Shown here: positions 39,153 to 48,997 of the stretch, in pieces
How positions within the stretch are numbered: position 1 is the stretch's first letter
Layout of the letters: every line of letters begins with the position of its first letter
Assembly (NCBI GenBank): GCA_965205335.1
Contig: OZ242164.1
Span: forward strand, 864,001-928,000
From: Candidatus Woesearchaeota archaeon
Lineage (GTDB): Archaea; Nanobdellota; Nanobdellia; Woesearchaeales; UBA583
Direction: 5' to 3'
DNA: 64,000 nt
Translations under genes and position numbers: made by a program
Notes under the pieces: generated by a model
The model's input: the letters and a program-made list of their open reading frames with translations, nothing else
What the model was told of the DNA's origin: nothing
The model's database searches: none

Positions 39153-40587
39153 CTTTCTTGAATTTCTCCATTACTAAAATATATTCATAAGAATAAGCCA
39201 ATCTGTTAGCATTTTGTTTTGAAGTAAATCTTCCAGTTTTTGAATCTCTTGTCTGAGGTAACACCTTTGATGGAATCTTTCTCTTTATTATATTATGTAC
39301 CTTAAAACCAATATTTAACATAATTTCAACAAAAACTTGAGCATTTAATATTGGAACTCCCCTTAATTCCGTATTTCCAATCACAATACAAGTTCTGCCC
39401 TTGCGCTTTAAAACTCTACACATTTCCTCAAAGCATTCTTGCATCTCAAAAAAATAATTTCTCACTGCCTCTGATTCATTTTTGGATTTTTTACTTAATT
39501 CTATTATCTCCTGTTTTGCTAATTCGCTCTTAATTCCATTGTAATCAGATTCTTTTTTATGAATTGAACCAATAAAGTCCTTTCTAAATTCACTCACACT
39601 ATTGGTGTATCCAAGCCACAAAGCACTAAGTTGATGCAAGTCTGCATACTCATATGAAGTAACATAAGGAGGAGAAGTTACAATTAAACTAACAGAATTA
39701 TTTTCTATGATAAGATTTCTTGCATCTCCCTTCCTTAAATTCAAATAATTACTTAAATTATCCCTAACATCAGAAGGCAGAACTTCCCAATAAGTATCAT
39801 TACCTTTAACCATTTTCATAATTTGTCTTGTGAATAATTTTAGCGGAGAATCTATCCTTTTATTCAAATCCCTTGTTGGTTTTATGCTCTTCATTAGCCA
39901 AATAGAAGCATTCTTTAAAACATTTGAAAAGGCACATAAACAGAAATTACGGATGTCTTTATCATTAATTGTATCTATCCTTCCCAGAATTATACCCAAG
40001 TCATATCTTAATTTTTCGTTGGGAAACCAGTACTCAAGCCTTTCATTTTCCGGTATAACAGGCAGGATTTTTACATCTAATAAACTTTTTTGCCCATTGT
40101 CAGATTCAAAATAAGACCTTAAATCTGATAGGACTCTATTTATTTCATATTTCAATTTCTTGGGATTAATGGGAGTTGCTTTAACTTTGGAAATTAAATA
40201 AGCAACGGGATTTATATCAACTCCCACGACTTTTCTTTTCGCAACTAAAGATTCAATCAGAGTAGTTCCACAGCCCATAAATGGGTCACAAACAATATAA
40301 TCTACATCTGTATTCTCCTCAATACATCTCCTTGCAAGTTGGGGAATAAACTTGGCAGGATATTTATGAAAGCCATGAGTTGCATAAGATGTATCTTTTT
40401 GTGTTAAATCTTCAAAGACCCAACTTGGATCATCTTCCAAATGTTCAAAAATATGTTTTAATTCCACTTGTTTGTTAGGAACTTTCTCTATTAATACTCC
40501 TTTCTCAGTATGCAATAATTGTAAGTAATTCCTCTTTTTCTTCTTCGCTAATTTCTCAAATTGTAATTCCATTTTACAACTCTTCAC
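39136..40587 (-). CDS. Type II DNA methyltransferase, probably N4-cytosine (alpha motif order)
   Basis: HKYPAKFIPQL, DPFMGCGTT (motif I) before VTSPPY (motif IV). Confidence 0.9.
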   Translation of the reverse strand: MKSCKMELQFEKLAKKKKRNYLQLLHTEKGVLIEKVPNKQVELKHIFEHLEDDPSWVFEDLTQKDTSYATHGFHKYPAKFIPQLARRCIEENTDVDYIVCDPFMGCGTTLIESLVAKRKVVGVDINPVAYLISKVKATPINPKKLKYEINRVLSDLRSYFESDNGQKSLLDVKILPVIPENERLEYWFPNEKLRYDLGIILGRIDTINDKDIRNFCLCAFSNVLKNASIWLMKSIKPTRDLNKRIDSPLKLFTRQIMKMVKGNDTYWEVLPSDVRDNLSNYLNLRKGDARNLIIENNSVSLIVTSPPYVTSYEYADLHQLSALWLGYTNSVSEFRKDFIGSIHKKESDYNGIKSELAKQEIIELSKKSKNESEAVRNYFFEMQECFEEMCRVLKRKGRTCIVIGNTELRGVPILNAQVFVEIMLNIGFKVHNIIKRKIPSKVLPQTRDSKTGRFTSKQNANRLAYSYEYILVMEKFKKDGNEV

Positions 40588-40709
40588 AAAAATAATTATT
40601 TTTTACACTCTTAAATCTCATCTTTAAACACTCAGTATAATTATATTTATTAATACAAGAGATTATTATATATACCTTTCTAAGAGTATATAATAGAATA
40701 AAATCTTGA

Positions 40710-40781
40710 TGCACATACCGGGATTCGAACCCAGATCTCCGGCTTGGAAGGCCGGAATTCTAGCCGTTGAACTATATGTGC
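40710..40781 (-). tRNA. tRNA-Gly(TCC), CCA not encoded
   Basis: Acceptor GCACATA/TATGTGC, anticodon stem CCGGC-CTTCCAA-GCCGG, T loop TTCGAAT. Confidence 0.95.
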
Positions 40782-40893
40782 CCCTGAAAAAAGAAAATAA
40801 TTCTATTTTATAAGTCTTGTTATCTAAGATAACTTATATATTATCCTTTTAAATTAAGAAAACATTTTTAAACTTTCAAATCCTATATATCAT

Positions 40894-41529
40894 ATGAAAT
40901 CAAAAAAATTAAAGTTAATCCTTTTAATCTTTATTATCTTATTTGCCTTAATAGTTCTATTTATTTACAACACTCATAAATCGGTTGAACAAGAACTAAG
41001 TGAAGAAGATTTAGAATTAAGAGAACTTTTGAAAAATCAAAATATTCAATCTAATGAACCAAAAATAATAGAGATGGATTTAGAATCAAAGTCTAATGAA
41101 GAAACTGAAAACGAAACAATTGAAAACAATGACACTGTAATTTCGCAAACAGAAAGCCAATCTGAATTGGTATTAATAAAAAGCGGTAATTTTGATCCTA
41201 ATGCTACTGGCAGTGATACATTTCACAGAGGATGGGGTTCAGTCAAATTAGTTAAATTTGAAGGAAAACATAAAATTATCTTTGGGGAAGATTTTAGAGT
41301 AATCAATGGGCCTGATTACAAATTATATCTGCTTAAAGAACAAAATATCCAAACAGAAGATGAATTTAATAAAAATAAAGCAGATGCATATAGAATTGCT
41401 GATATAAAACAATTTAAAGGTTTTCAGACATTTGAAGTGCCCCAAGACATTAACCCTGATGAAATTGAAAGCGTTGTTATATGGTGCGAGAGTTTTAGCC
41501 AGTTCATATCATCTGCGAATTTATATTAA
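40894..41529 (+). CDS. Membrane-anchored DM13 domain protein
   Basis: N-terminal TM; HRGWG, NGPDYKLYL, VVIWCESF. Confidence 0.85.
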   Translation: MKSKKLKLILLIFIILFALIVLFIYNTHKSVEQELSEEDLELRELLKNQNIQSNEPKIIEMDLESKSNEETENETIENNDTVISQTESQSELVLIKSGNFDPNATGSDTFHRGWGSVKLVKFEGKHKIIFGEDFRVINGPDYKLYLLKEQNIQTEDEFNKNKADAYRIADIKQFKGFQTFEVPQDINPDEIESVVIWCESFSQFISSANLY

Positions 41530-42048
41530 TCATATTGAAGTTGTCCCTGTTCTTATGTTTTTGAGATAAAATTTAAAAATATCTTCTGGTGCTATAGATA
41601 TTGCATAGAACCCCCAATTGTGTCTATTAAACTCACTCTTTAATCTAAGTATATAATCTTTACTAAAACATTCTTCGCGAGGGACTATTAGAGATAAAGT
41701 TTCTAATCTTGGTTCTAAATTCTGTGTTAACTCCCTTAGATTTTCTGCTAACACATGTGAAAAAGGGTTGCCATAGACTAATACAAAAAGAGATCCTTCC
41801 TTATCTCTTTCTGCTACTTTTATTCTATATTTCAATCCCTCAATAAAAAATTTACCTGAAAATAAAAGTTTTTTATCATCTTTTGTTAATATTACTTCTT
41901 CCTCATCTGGAGATATTTGAGAAAAATGGTATGAGGAAGAATTTCTTATTCTATCAGGAAATGGTATTACTTTCCTGCGAGGAGTAGAATCATTTAAAAG
42001 AGCACTTTCAAGATCGTGTTTAGGAACTGGCTGTTGTATTGCTTGCAT
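41530..42048 (-). CDS. Hypothetical protein
   Basis: 172-aa ORF with upstream TTTATAAA; no recognisable motif. Confidence 0.5.
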   Translation of the reverse strand: MQAIQQPVPKHDLESALLNDSTPRRKVIPFPDRIRNSSSYHFSQISPDEEEVILTKDDKKLLFSGKFFIEGLKYRIKVAERDKEGSLFVLVYGNPFSHVLAENLRELTQNLEPRLETLSLIVPREECFSKDYILRLKSEFNRHNWGFYAISIAPEDIFKFYLKNIRTGTTSI

Positions 42049-42097
42049 CCTAAAAAAATCTCCAGTAATTAATCTTTATAAACTTTTATATTATATG

Positions 42098-42184
42098 GGC
42101 TTTGTACGAAAAGTCTATATCTTGTATAAAAAAATTTTAAAGTATATTATATATTGATATTTTAGTTACTTTTCGTACAAAGCT
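42098..42184. mobile_element. 87-bp MITE of a second family
   Basis: TIR GGCTTTGTACGAAAAGT/ACTTTTCGTACAAAGCT; 9-bp direct repeat TATTATATG at 42089-42097 and 42185-42193. Confidence 0.85.
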
Positions 42185-42307
42185 TATTATATGCTAAAAT
42201 CTCGCACTCTTTAATATTAAATCTCCAATTTATTTTTAAATATCTTAAAATTTTCCCCAAAGCCTTAAAGATGAATTTTATAAATGTTGAGAAGATGATA
42301 TTATTAC

Positions 42308-43465
42308 ATGAGATTTAATGTAATACTTGCTTTGTTTGTCTTAACATTTATTAGTGCATGCACATTAGAAGTTGAGAATCAAAGCAGAGACGTTAATGAG
42401 GTGAATAACACAGTGGAAGTGGATAATAAAGAATATGAAGTAGCAACATTCTCAGGAGGATGTTTTTGGTGCAGTGAGAAAGACTTTGAGAGATACGAAG
42501 GAGTAATTGAAGCAATTTCAGGATATGCTGGTGGAGAAGAGGAAAACCCTACATATGAGCAGGTATCATCAGGAAAAACAGGGCATAGAGAAGCAGTCTC
42601 TGTTCGTTATGACCCAAAAATTATAAGTTACGAAGAATTGCTTGAGATTTATTGGACACACATTGACCCAACAGATGACTCAGGTTCTTTTGTTGATAGA
42701 GGCTTTCAATATACATCAGCCATATACTATCATAACGAGATGCAAAGAGAACTTGCAGAAAAATCCAAAAAAGAACTTGAAGACTCTAAAAAATTTGACA
42801 AACCAATAGTTACCCCAATCATAAAATTTACAACATTTTATCCTGCTGAAGAATACCATCAGGACTATTACAAAAAAAATCCCATAAGATATAAAATTTA
42901 CAGAGGTGGTTCTGGAAGAGATAGATTTATTGAAGAAAACTGGGAAAACCAGACAGGAGAAAACGAGATTGGGGAAAACAAGATTGAAAAAGAGCAAGAA
43001 ACCGAACTGCCAACTAATTGGGAAGAATACGAAAAACCAGATGATGGAGAATTAAAAGACGAGCTATCTCCATTATCTTATGATGTAACACAAAATGATA
43101 CAACAGAGAGATCCTTTGATAATAAATACAATGACAATAAAGCAGAGGGAATTTATGTTGATATTGTATCAGGCGAACCCCTTTACAGTTCAACAGACAA
43201 ATATGACTCAGGAACTGGATGGCCTTCTTTTACAAAACCATTAAACGAATCTCACATTGTTTTGAAAAAGGATCACAAAATATTCATTCCCAGAACAGAA
43301 GTTAGATCAAAGTATGGGGACTCTCACATAGGACATGTATTTAATGATGGACCTGCTGATAAAGGTGGGAAGAGATACTGCATGAATTCTGCGGCAATGA
43401 GGTTTATTCCAAAAGAAGAAATGGAAAAAGAAGGCTATGGAAGTTATCTACATTTGTTTGAATAA
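42308..43465 (+). CDS. msrAB: Exported lipoprotein-like peptide-methionine sulfoxide reductase MsrA-MsrB fusion
   Basis: Lipobox-like FISA|C; [17 protein letters not shown]; [22 protein letters not shown]. Confidence 0.95.
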   Translation: MRFNVILALFVLTFISACTLEVENQSRDVNEVNNTVEVDNKEYEVATFSGGCFWCSEKDFERYEGVIEAISGYAGGEEENPTYEQVSSGKTGHREAVSVRYDPKIISYEELLEIYWTHIDPTDDSGSFVDRGFQYTSAIYYHNEMQRELAEKSKKELEDSKKFDKPIVTPIIKFTTFYPAEEYHQDYYKKNPIRYKIYRGGSGRDRFIEENWENQTGENEIGENKIEKEQETELPTNWEEYEKPDDGELKDELSPLSYDVTQNDTTERSFDNKYNDNKAEGIYVDIVSGEPLYSSTDKYDSGTGWPSFTKPLNESHIVLKKDHKIFIPRTEVRSKYGDSHIGHVFNDGPADKGGKRYCMNSAAMRFIPKEEMEKEGYGSYLHLFE

Positions 43466-43500
43466 CTAATATCAAATTTTATTATAAACTATTATCCTTT

Positions 43501-43854
43501 TTATAACTTTAACTCAACTGCTTCAATCAAATATTCTTCAATCTTTTTCCTGTCTATCTCTTCAACTGACTTAATCAAAATGTACTTAACTTTCTTAGTC
43601 CCATTAGAAAATAAATTATATCTATCACTCATTGCAAACCCATTTTCAAAACCCATTTTAACACAATCATTTTGTGGAAACAATCCTACATAATAACCTG
43701 CCTTAGGATGAACATACCCAAGTCCATGCCAACCCATATAAACTTTCTCTTTTGTATTTGGAAAAGTCTGAAAAATAATACCTGACAACACATCAATAAT
43801 TTCACGTATGTGAGAGGGATAAAACGAAAGCAATTCCTCTGGATTTTTCTTCAT
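43501..43854 (-). CDS. DUF1801 (YdhG-like) protein
   Basis: EKVYMGWHGLGY..KMGFENG..GTKKVKYI pattern. Confidence 0.75.
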   Translation of the reverse strand: MKKNPEELLSFYPSHIREIIDVLSGIIFQTFPNTKEKVYMGWHGLGYVHPKAGYYVGLFPQNDCVKMGFENGFAMSDRYNLFSNGTKKVKYILIKSVEEIDRKKIEEYLIEAVELKL

Positions 43855-43902
43855 ACATACAACAAACCCTAAACAATTATAAATATATTTAAATGTTGAG
43901 AT

Positions 43903-44691
43903 TTATTTAAAATTTAACTCCAATCCAATTGGACAATGATCACTGCCCATAATCTCATTATAAATCTCTGCTTTTTCAATATTACTTCTCAAACTCTCTG
44001 AAACGCAGAAATAATCAATACGCCATCCCACATTCTTAGCTCTTGCATTAAACATATATGACCACCAAGAATACTTTTTCTCATCTGGATGCAATTCCCT
44101 GAATGTATCAATAAAACCTGCTTCTAAAATCTTTCCAAACTTTTCTCTTTCCTTATCTGTAAACCCTGCATTGCCAGGTTTTGTTTTTGTAGTCTTATTA
44201 GTATTGGGATTTTTCAAATCAATCTCATTATATGCAACATTTAAATCCCCGCATAAAACAACTGGCTTTTTTTTCTCCAAACCCTTAACATATTCTAAAA
44301 AATCAATATCCCATTCATTATACCGATAATCCAATCTCTCAAGCCCTCTTTTAGAATTAGGAGTATAAACACAAACTAAATAATACTTACTAAACTCAAC
44401 ACTAATAACTCTTCCCTCATCATCATGCTTTGAAATTCCCATCCCAAGTTCTACACTCTTAGGTTCAACCTTTGAAAAAACAGCAGTTCCACTATATCCA
44501 CTTTTCTTTGCACTATTCCAATACTCATAACCAAGTTCTTTAAGTTCATCCCCTAATTGTTCAGGGCGAGCCTTTGTCTCTTGAAGACACACAATGTCCG
44601 CATTCAACTTTTTAATAGAATCAATAAAACCCTTCTTAATAACTGAGCGAATCCCATTAACATTCCATGAAACAATCTTAACATTTCCCAT
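43903..44691 (-). CDS. xth: Exodeoxyribonuclease III / AP endonuclease
   Basis: [31 protein letters not shown]. Confidence 0.96.
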   Translation of the reverse strand: MGNVKIVSWNVNGIRSVIKKGFIDSIKKLNADIVCLQETKARPEQLGDELKELGYEYWNSAKKSGYSGTAVFSKVEPKSVELGMGISKHDDEGRVISVEFSKYYLVCVYTPNSKRGLERLDYRYNEWDIDFLEYVKGLEKKKPVVLCGDLNVAYNEIDLKNPNTNKTTKTKPGNAGFTDKEREKFGKILEAGFIDTFRELHPDEKKYSWWSYMFNARAKNVGWRIDYFCVSESLRSNIEKAEIYNEIMGSDHCPIGLELNFK

Positions 44692-44744
44692 AAAAAAGCA
44701 TAAAACAAATCATTTAAATAACTTTTGAAAAAATAAAAATCCTA

Positions 44745-45530
44745 TTACCTAAGCCCAAGAGCCTTTAAAATACTCCTTAAAAAACTATTCTCCACTTCAA
44801 GTTCCTCAATCCTTCTCTGATATTCACCACTATCAACTCTTCTTGCTAAATGATGATACTGGCGCGCCGTATGAGAATTAGGTTTAATATGCACAATAGG
44901 ACTTTTCTTGTAAATTGCTTCACGCATTGCCCTATCATCCATAATGACACTCACAATAGGAGTCTCAAGCAAACTCTCGATGGCTCTAAGACCCAAATCA
45001 AAATTATCCTTGCGAACCTTATTTAAAACAACTCCCTTAACAGGAATTCCAATCTCTCTGGCAAGAGTTACAACCTTAAAAGCATCAGTTACAGCAGGAA
45101 GTTCAGGATTTGTAATCAAAATCACTTCATCCGCATTTCTTAAAACTGAAATACTCTCATTCCCAAGCCCTGCAGCGCTATCCACTACAACATAATCACA
45201 CATCTCTCTCAAATCATCAAAAATACTTTTAATCTTTCTTGAATTAACCTCTGAAAAACTTCTAATTGACAAACTTCCAGGGAGCAATTTAAAACCTAAG
45301 GGATGCATATAAATAGCATCATTTAAATTAGCTTCTCCTTTAAGAACATCATTTAAAGTAACTGGAAACTTTGTAAACCCTAAATGCAAACCAACATTTG
45401 GAGTTGTCAGATTTCCATCAACCAAAATAACATCTTTCCCATGCTTAGAAAGAGAAGTTGCAAGATTAACACTTGTAGTTGTTTTTCCAACTCCTCCTTT
45501 TCCTGACGAAATAACAAGTAACTTTCCCAT
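44745..45530 (-). CDS. minD: MinD-family ATPase
   Basis: SGKGGVGKTT deviant Walker A, DSAAG, C-terminal amphipathic FLRSILKALGL. Confidence 0.9.
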   Translation of the reverse strand: MGKLLVISSGKGGVGKTTTSVNLATSLSKHGKDVILVDGNLTTPNVGLHLGFTKFPVTLNDVLKGEANLNDAIYMHPLGFKLLPGSLSIRSFSEVNSRKIKSIFDDLREMCDYVVVDSAAGLGNESISVLRNADEVILITNPELPAVTDAFKVVTLAREIGIPVKGVVLNKVRKDNFDLGLRAIESLLETPIVSVIMDDRAMREAIYKKSPIVHIKPNSHTARQYHHLARRVDSGEYQRRIEELEVENSFLRSILKALGLR

Positions 45531-45583
45531 TTTTTTACTATGAAAAAAGTTAAGAATAAATCTTATATAACCAATTATAACTA

Positions 45584-46033
45584 CTAACTAGCAACAGAAC
45601 TTAGAGATGAACAAGCCACCTTCAAATTATCAAAAAAATCCAAAAGTTTATTCATATTAATAACATACTCCTCTCCATCAATATATGACACCATACACAA
45701 ATTCTTTCTGTACTCTCCAATACTATCAAAATCACTTAACAATAACCTCTTTAACAAAAAATAATCTGACAGATCAATATTAATTCCTCTTGCCGCTAAC
45801 GAATCAGATAAAAGTTGCACCTTATGAGATACAGGTGAATCCCTAAACTCTTGGGCATCAACAAATATATGATATGCTATTACAAAAAAATTTTCGTAAC
45901 CTACAACAATAGTTCCCATTACCTTTCTGAGCATTTCTGTAGTTCTTGTGAATTTACATGATACATAAATCATATGTTCAATACTATTTAGATGTCTTCT
46001 CAGATTAATTAACTGTTCAACTGTCTCTTCCAT
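45584..46033 (-). CDS. Hypothetical protein (resembles a conserved DPANN family)
   Basis: HMIYVSCKFTRT motif; co-oriented in the nac-minD run. Confidence 0.6.
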   Translation of the reverse strand: MEETVEQLINLRRHLNSIEHMIYVSCKFTRTTEMLRKVMGTIVVGYENFFVIAYHIFVDAQEFRDSPVSHKVQLLSDSLAARGINIDLSDYFLLKRLLLSDFDSIGEYRKNLCMVSYIDGEEYVINMNKLLDFFDNLKVACSSLSSVAS

Positions 46034-46038
46034 TTTTT

Positions 46039-46374
46039 TTAATTTAAGTTTACGATTGCTTGGGCGATATCGCCATCTGCTTTCTCAAGTGCCTTCCTTG
46101 CTTTCTCATCCGAAACTCCAGCCTGCTCACAAACAACTTTCACATCATCATCTGAAATGAAAACTTCAGTTTTATTTCCTTCTTCTCTAAAATCCCCTGA
46201 CAACTGAAAAGTAGTCTGATTACGCATTGAAATCTTCTGAACTGAAGGATTATCAAAAACCAATGTATTTGAAGGTGTCTTTATAATTACACAAGTAGCA
46301 CCCACATCCTCCTGAGACATTCCAAACTGTTTCATCATTTGTTGAACTTGTCTTGGATTCACGCCAGGTATCAC
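46039..46374 (-). CDS. nac: Nascent polypeptide-associated complex protein
   Basis: NPRQVQQMMKQFG; UBA-like DDVKVVCEQAGVS..GDIAQAI. Confidence 0.93.
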   Translation of the reverse strand: MIPGVNPRQVQQMMKQFGMSQEDVGATCVIIKTPSNTLVFDNPSVQKISMRNQTTFQLSGDFREEGNKTEVFISDDDVKVVCEQAGVSDEKARKALEKADGDIAQAIVNLN

Positions 46375-46442
46375 TCTTAAACCATTTACCTAAATATTAG
46401 GTATTTCTCCCTCCTTATTTTTTATCTCATTAATCATTTTAT

Positions 46443-46607
46443 TCAACTTACATTAAATAATATCCAAATAAAACCAACAGTTGCGAGCGAAAAGATAATC
46501 ACGAGTTTAGGGCTAAACTCAAATTTTGTGTGTAAAGAAGATGAAAATCCTCCCACCAATCCACCCTGACCAGAAGGAAGAGAGATGCCACTTTGTTTTC
46601 TCGCCAT
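46443..46607 (-). CDS. secG: Preprotein translocase subunit Sec61beta (absent from the ORF track, 54 aa)
   Basis: MARKQSGISLPSGQGGLVGGFSSSLHTKFEFSPKLVIIFSLATVGFIWILFNVS. Confidence 0.85.
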   Translation of the reverse strand: MARKQSGISLPSGQGGLVGGFSSSLHTKFEFSPKLVIIFSLATVGFIWILFNVS

Positions 46608-46758
46608 TTAGTACTTAATTAAGACAAGTAATTATATAAACTTTTGGTGTTTCTACAAGTAACAACACATAAAACATTGATACATTTTAATAGAAGAAAG
46701 AAACAATCTATGAATAACAAAAACAAACCTATTTAAACACAGAAAAACCATTATAACT

Positions 46759-47583
46759 ATGAAGATAGCCTTAAAACTAAACAAATCCATTAACGATAAC
46801 GCAAACATTTACTTTGAAAAAGCAAAAAAACTCAAATCCAAAATTAAAGGGATAAATAACATCATTTCTAGAACCAAAAGAGAAATCAAAGAATTTGAAA
46901 ACAAAAAACAAGAATACATAAAAAAAAAAGAAATAACCTATAAGATAAACCTTCATAGAAAAAAAGAATGGTATGAAAAATTCAGATGGACTAAAACATC
47001 AAAAGGATTTCTTGTTGCAATCGGCAAAGACTCAGGAACAAATGAAATTCTTATTAAAAAGCATCTTGAAGAAAACGATTTGGTAATACACACGCAGGCT
47101 CAGGGCTCTCCTTTTGGTTTAATTAAAAATGCAAAAGATAAAGTTTCAAAAGAAGAAATTGAAGAAGCCATGCAGTTTGTATGCTGTTTCTCAAAACAGT
47201 GGGCGAGAGGATATGGAAATGCAGATGCCTTCTGGGTTTTACCTAACCAAATATCAAAAAAAGCCCAGAGCGGTGAATACATATCAAAAGGAGCATTTAT
47301 GATAAGAGGGAAAAAAAACATCGTAAAAAACATTCAGACAAGAATCTGTCTTGGAGTAACAAAACACAAAATCAAAACTCCCGAGGGAGAAATTGAAACA
47401 GAAGAACTATTCTCAGGTTCAGAAAAAGCCTGCATAAAACTATGCAAAAACAGATACATTAAACTTGAACCAGGAAACTCAAATTACAAAGTCCTAAACA
47501 AAGAAATAAAGAAGAAATTAAAAACCCATATTGAAGATTTGCCCAAATACATCCCAAACAACTGCAAAATACTAAAAAAATAA
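46759..47583 (+). CDS. Rqc2/RqcH (NFACT) C-terminal half: coiled coil plus NFACT-R
   Basis: SINDNANIYFEKAKK, KKEWYEKFRW, GKDSGTNE, QISKKAQSGEYISKGAFMIRGKK. Confidence 0.88.
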   Translation: MKIALKLNKSINDNANIYFEKAKKLKSKIKGINNIISRTKREIKEFENKKQEYIKKKEITYKINLHRKKEWYEKFRWTKTSKGFLVAIGKDSGTNEILIKKHLEENDLVIHTQAQGSPFGLIKNAKDKVSKEEIEEAMQFVCCFSKQWARGYGNADAFWVLPNQISKKAQSGEYISKGAFMIRGKKNIVKNIQTRICLGVTKHKIKTPEGEIETEELFSGSEKACIKLCKNRYIKLEPGNSNYKVLNKEIKKKLKTHIEDLPKYIPNNCKILKK

Positions 47584-47610
47584 AAAACATTATAACCAAA
47601 ATTATCCAAG

Positions 47611-48903
47611 TTACTTCTCATATAAAACGTCTACACTTCTTATATCAAACCCTTCCAGATTTGAACTCCATAACTTCTCAAAATTTTTCCTATCCTTTGA
47701 CAAACAATACGCAAGCCTTGAAAAAAGAGTTTCACTTGTTAAATTCATGCCATGCCCAAAAGCACTTGTTGCTTTAATATGTCTTCCATATGAATAAACA
47801 TTCAAATTAACCCCACCATAAACACACTGCGTGCTCATAACAACTTTTGCTTTCTTTGCCAAACTTTCAAGTTCCTTTAAATTCCTTGAATTCTCTCTTG
47901 TAAACTCATCTATCTCATCAACTGCCATATGTCCAAGCCCTGTTCCCTCTATAACTACCCCATCATAAAACTCAAGATTTCTTATCTCTCTACTCATTAA
48001 ATTAGGATGGGACTTAAAAAATCCTATCTTCAACTTAGTATTATACTTAGAATAACAAAACTTGCTTTTGGGCTCTTTTGTAAACAACTCCTCTCGCTTA
48101 ATAACAACTTTATCATCTACAATCTCTGCAACATGTTCATAATTAATCTGCTTAAAAGCATCTCTTCTTGACGAATGCATCTTCCTAACATTTATTGCAT
48201 CAAAAATAACAAAACTCTTATCAGAAATATTCCCATGCATGCACACACAAACCCTTCTAAAAGCCCTATCAAACTTTGAATTCTCTTTAATAAAAACTAC
48301 TGTGGCCCTTAAATTTGAATATGCATCTGAACTTGCTCTATCTGAACTTCTCTGAGCTCCAACTATAACAATTGGAATATTAAGATTTTCAACAGAATAC
48401 TGCAAAGCGGGAGCACTATATTGAATAGTATCTGTGCCATGCGAAATAATTATTCCTGCAAGATTTTTCTTTCCAATAATCTTATCAATCTCATCTAACA
48501 ACAAATTCCAATGATTAAAATTCATATCCCCAGAAAAAATATTTCCAATCATCTTAGCCTCAATATGAACTATCTCATTAAGTTCTGGATACATACTAAT
48601 AAGTTCATTAGGAGTAAACTTAGAAGATACTGCCCCAGTTTTATAATCAACCTTTGATGCAATAGTTCCACCCGTATGAAGTATAACAACTTTTGGCAAA
48701 TCCATATCCTTGCTCTTATCTCTTACTACCTTTTCACTTTTCCTATCCACTACCGTCTTCTTTGAAACAATTTTGCATTCAGATTTTAAAACATTAGAAT
48801 TATACCCAGACTTCAACTTAATTGTCATATATCTATCATCCTCCTTCAAAAGAATTCCCTTTAAAACTTCATCCTTATACTCTACTACAATCTCTATGTT
48901 CAT
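47611..48903 (-). CDS. gatD: Glu-tRNA(Gln) amidotransferase subunit D
   Basis: KLKSGYN, HTGGTIASKVDYKTG, HGTDT, GAQRSSDR, KMHSSRRDAF. Confidence 0.95.
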   Translation of the reverse strand: MNIEIVVEYKDEVLKGILLKEDDRYMTIKLKSGYNSNVLKSECKIVSKKTVVDRKSEKVVRDKSKDMDLPKVVILHTGGTIASKVDYKTGAVSSKFTPNELISMYPELNEIVHIEAKMIGNIFSGDMNFNHWNLLLDEIDKIIGKKNLAGIIISHGTDTIQYSAPALQYSVENLNIPIVIVGAQRSSDRASSDAYSNLRATVVFIKENSKFDRAFRRVCVCMHGNISDKSFVIFDAINVRKMHSSRRDAFKQINYEHVAEIVDDKVVIKREELFTKEPKSKFCYSKYNTKLKIGFFKSHPNLMSREIRNLEFYDGVVIEGTGLGHMAVDEIDEFTRENSRNLKELESLAKKAKVVMSTQCVYGGVNLNVYSYGRHIKATSAFGHGMNLTSETLFSRLAYCLSKDRKNFEKLWSSNLEGFDIRSVDVLYEK

Positions 48904-48997
48904 AACATAAATTCAATCTATAAATTTATAAGTCTTTTGAGTTAAAAAATTTCACACAACTAACAAACACACAAACTCCAGACAACTAAACCTAAAA

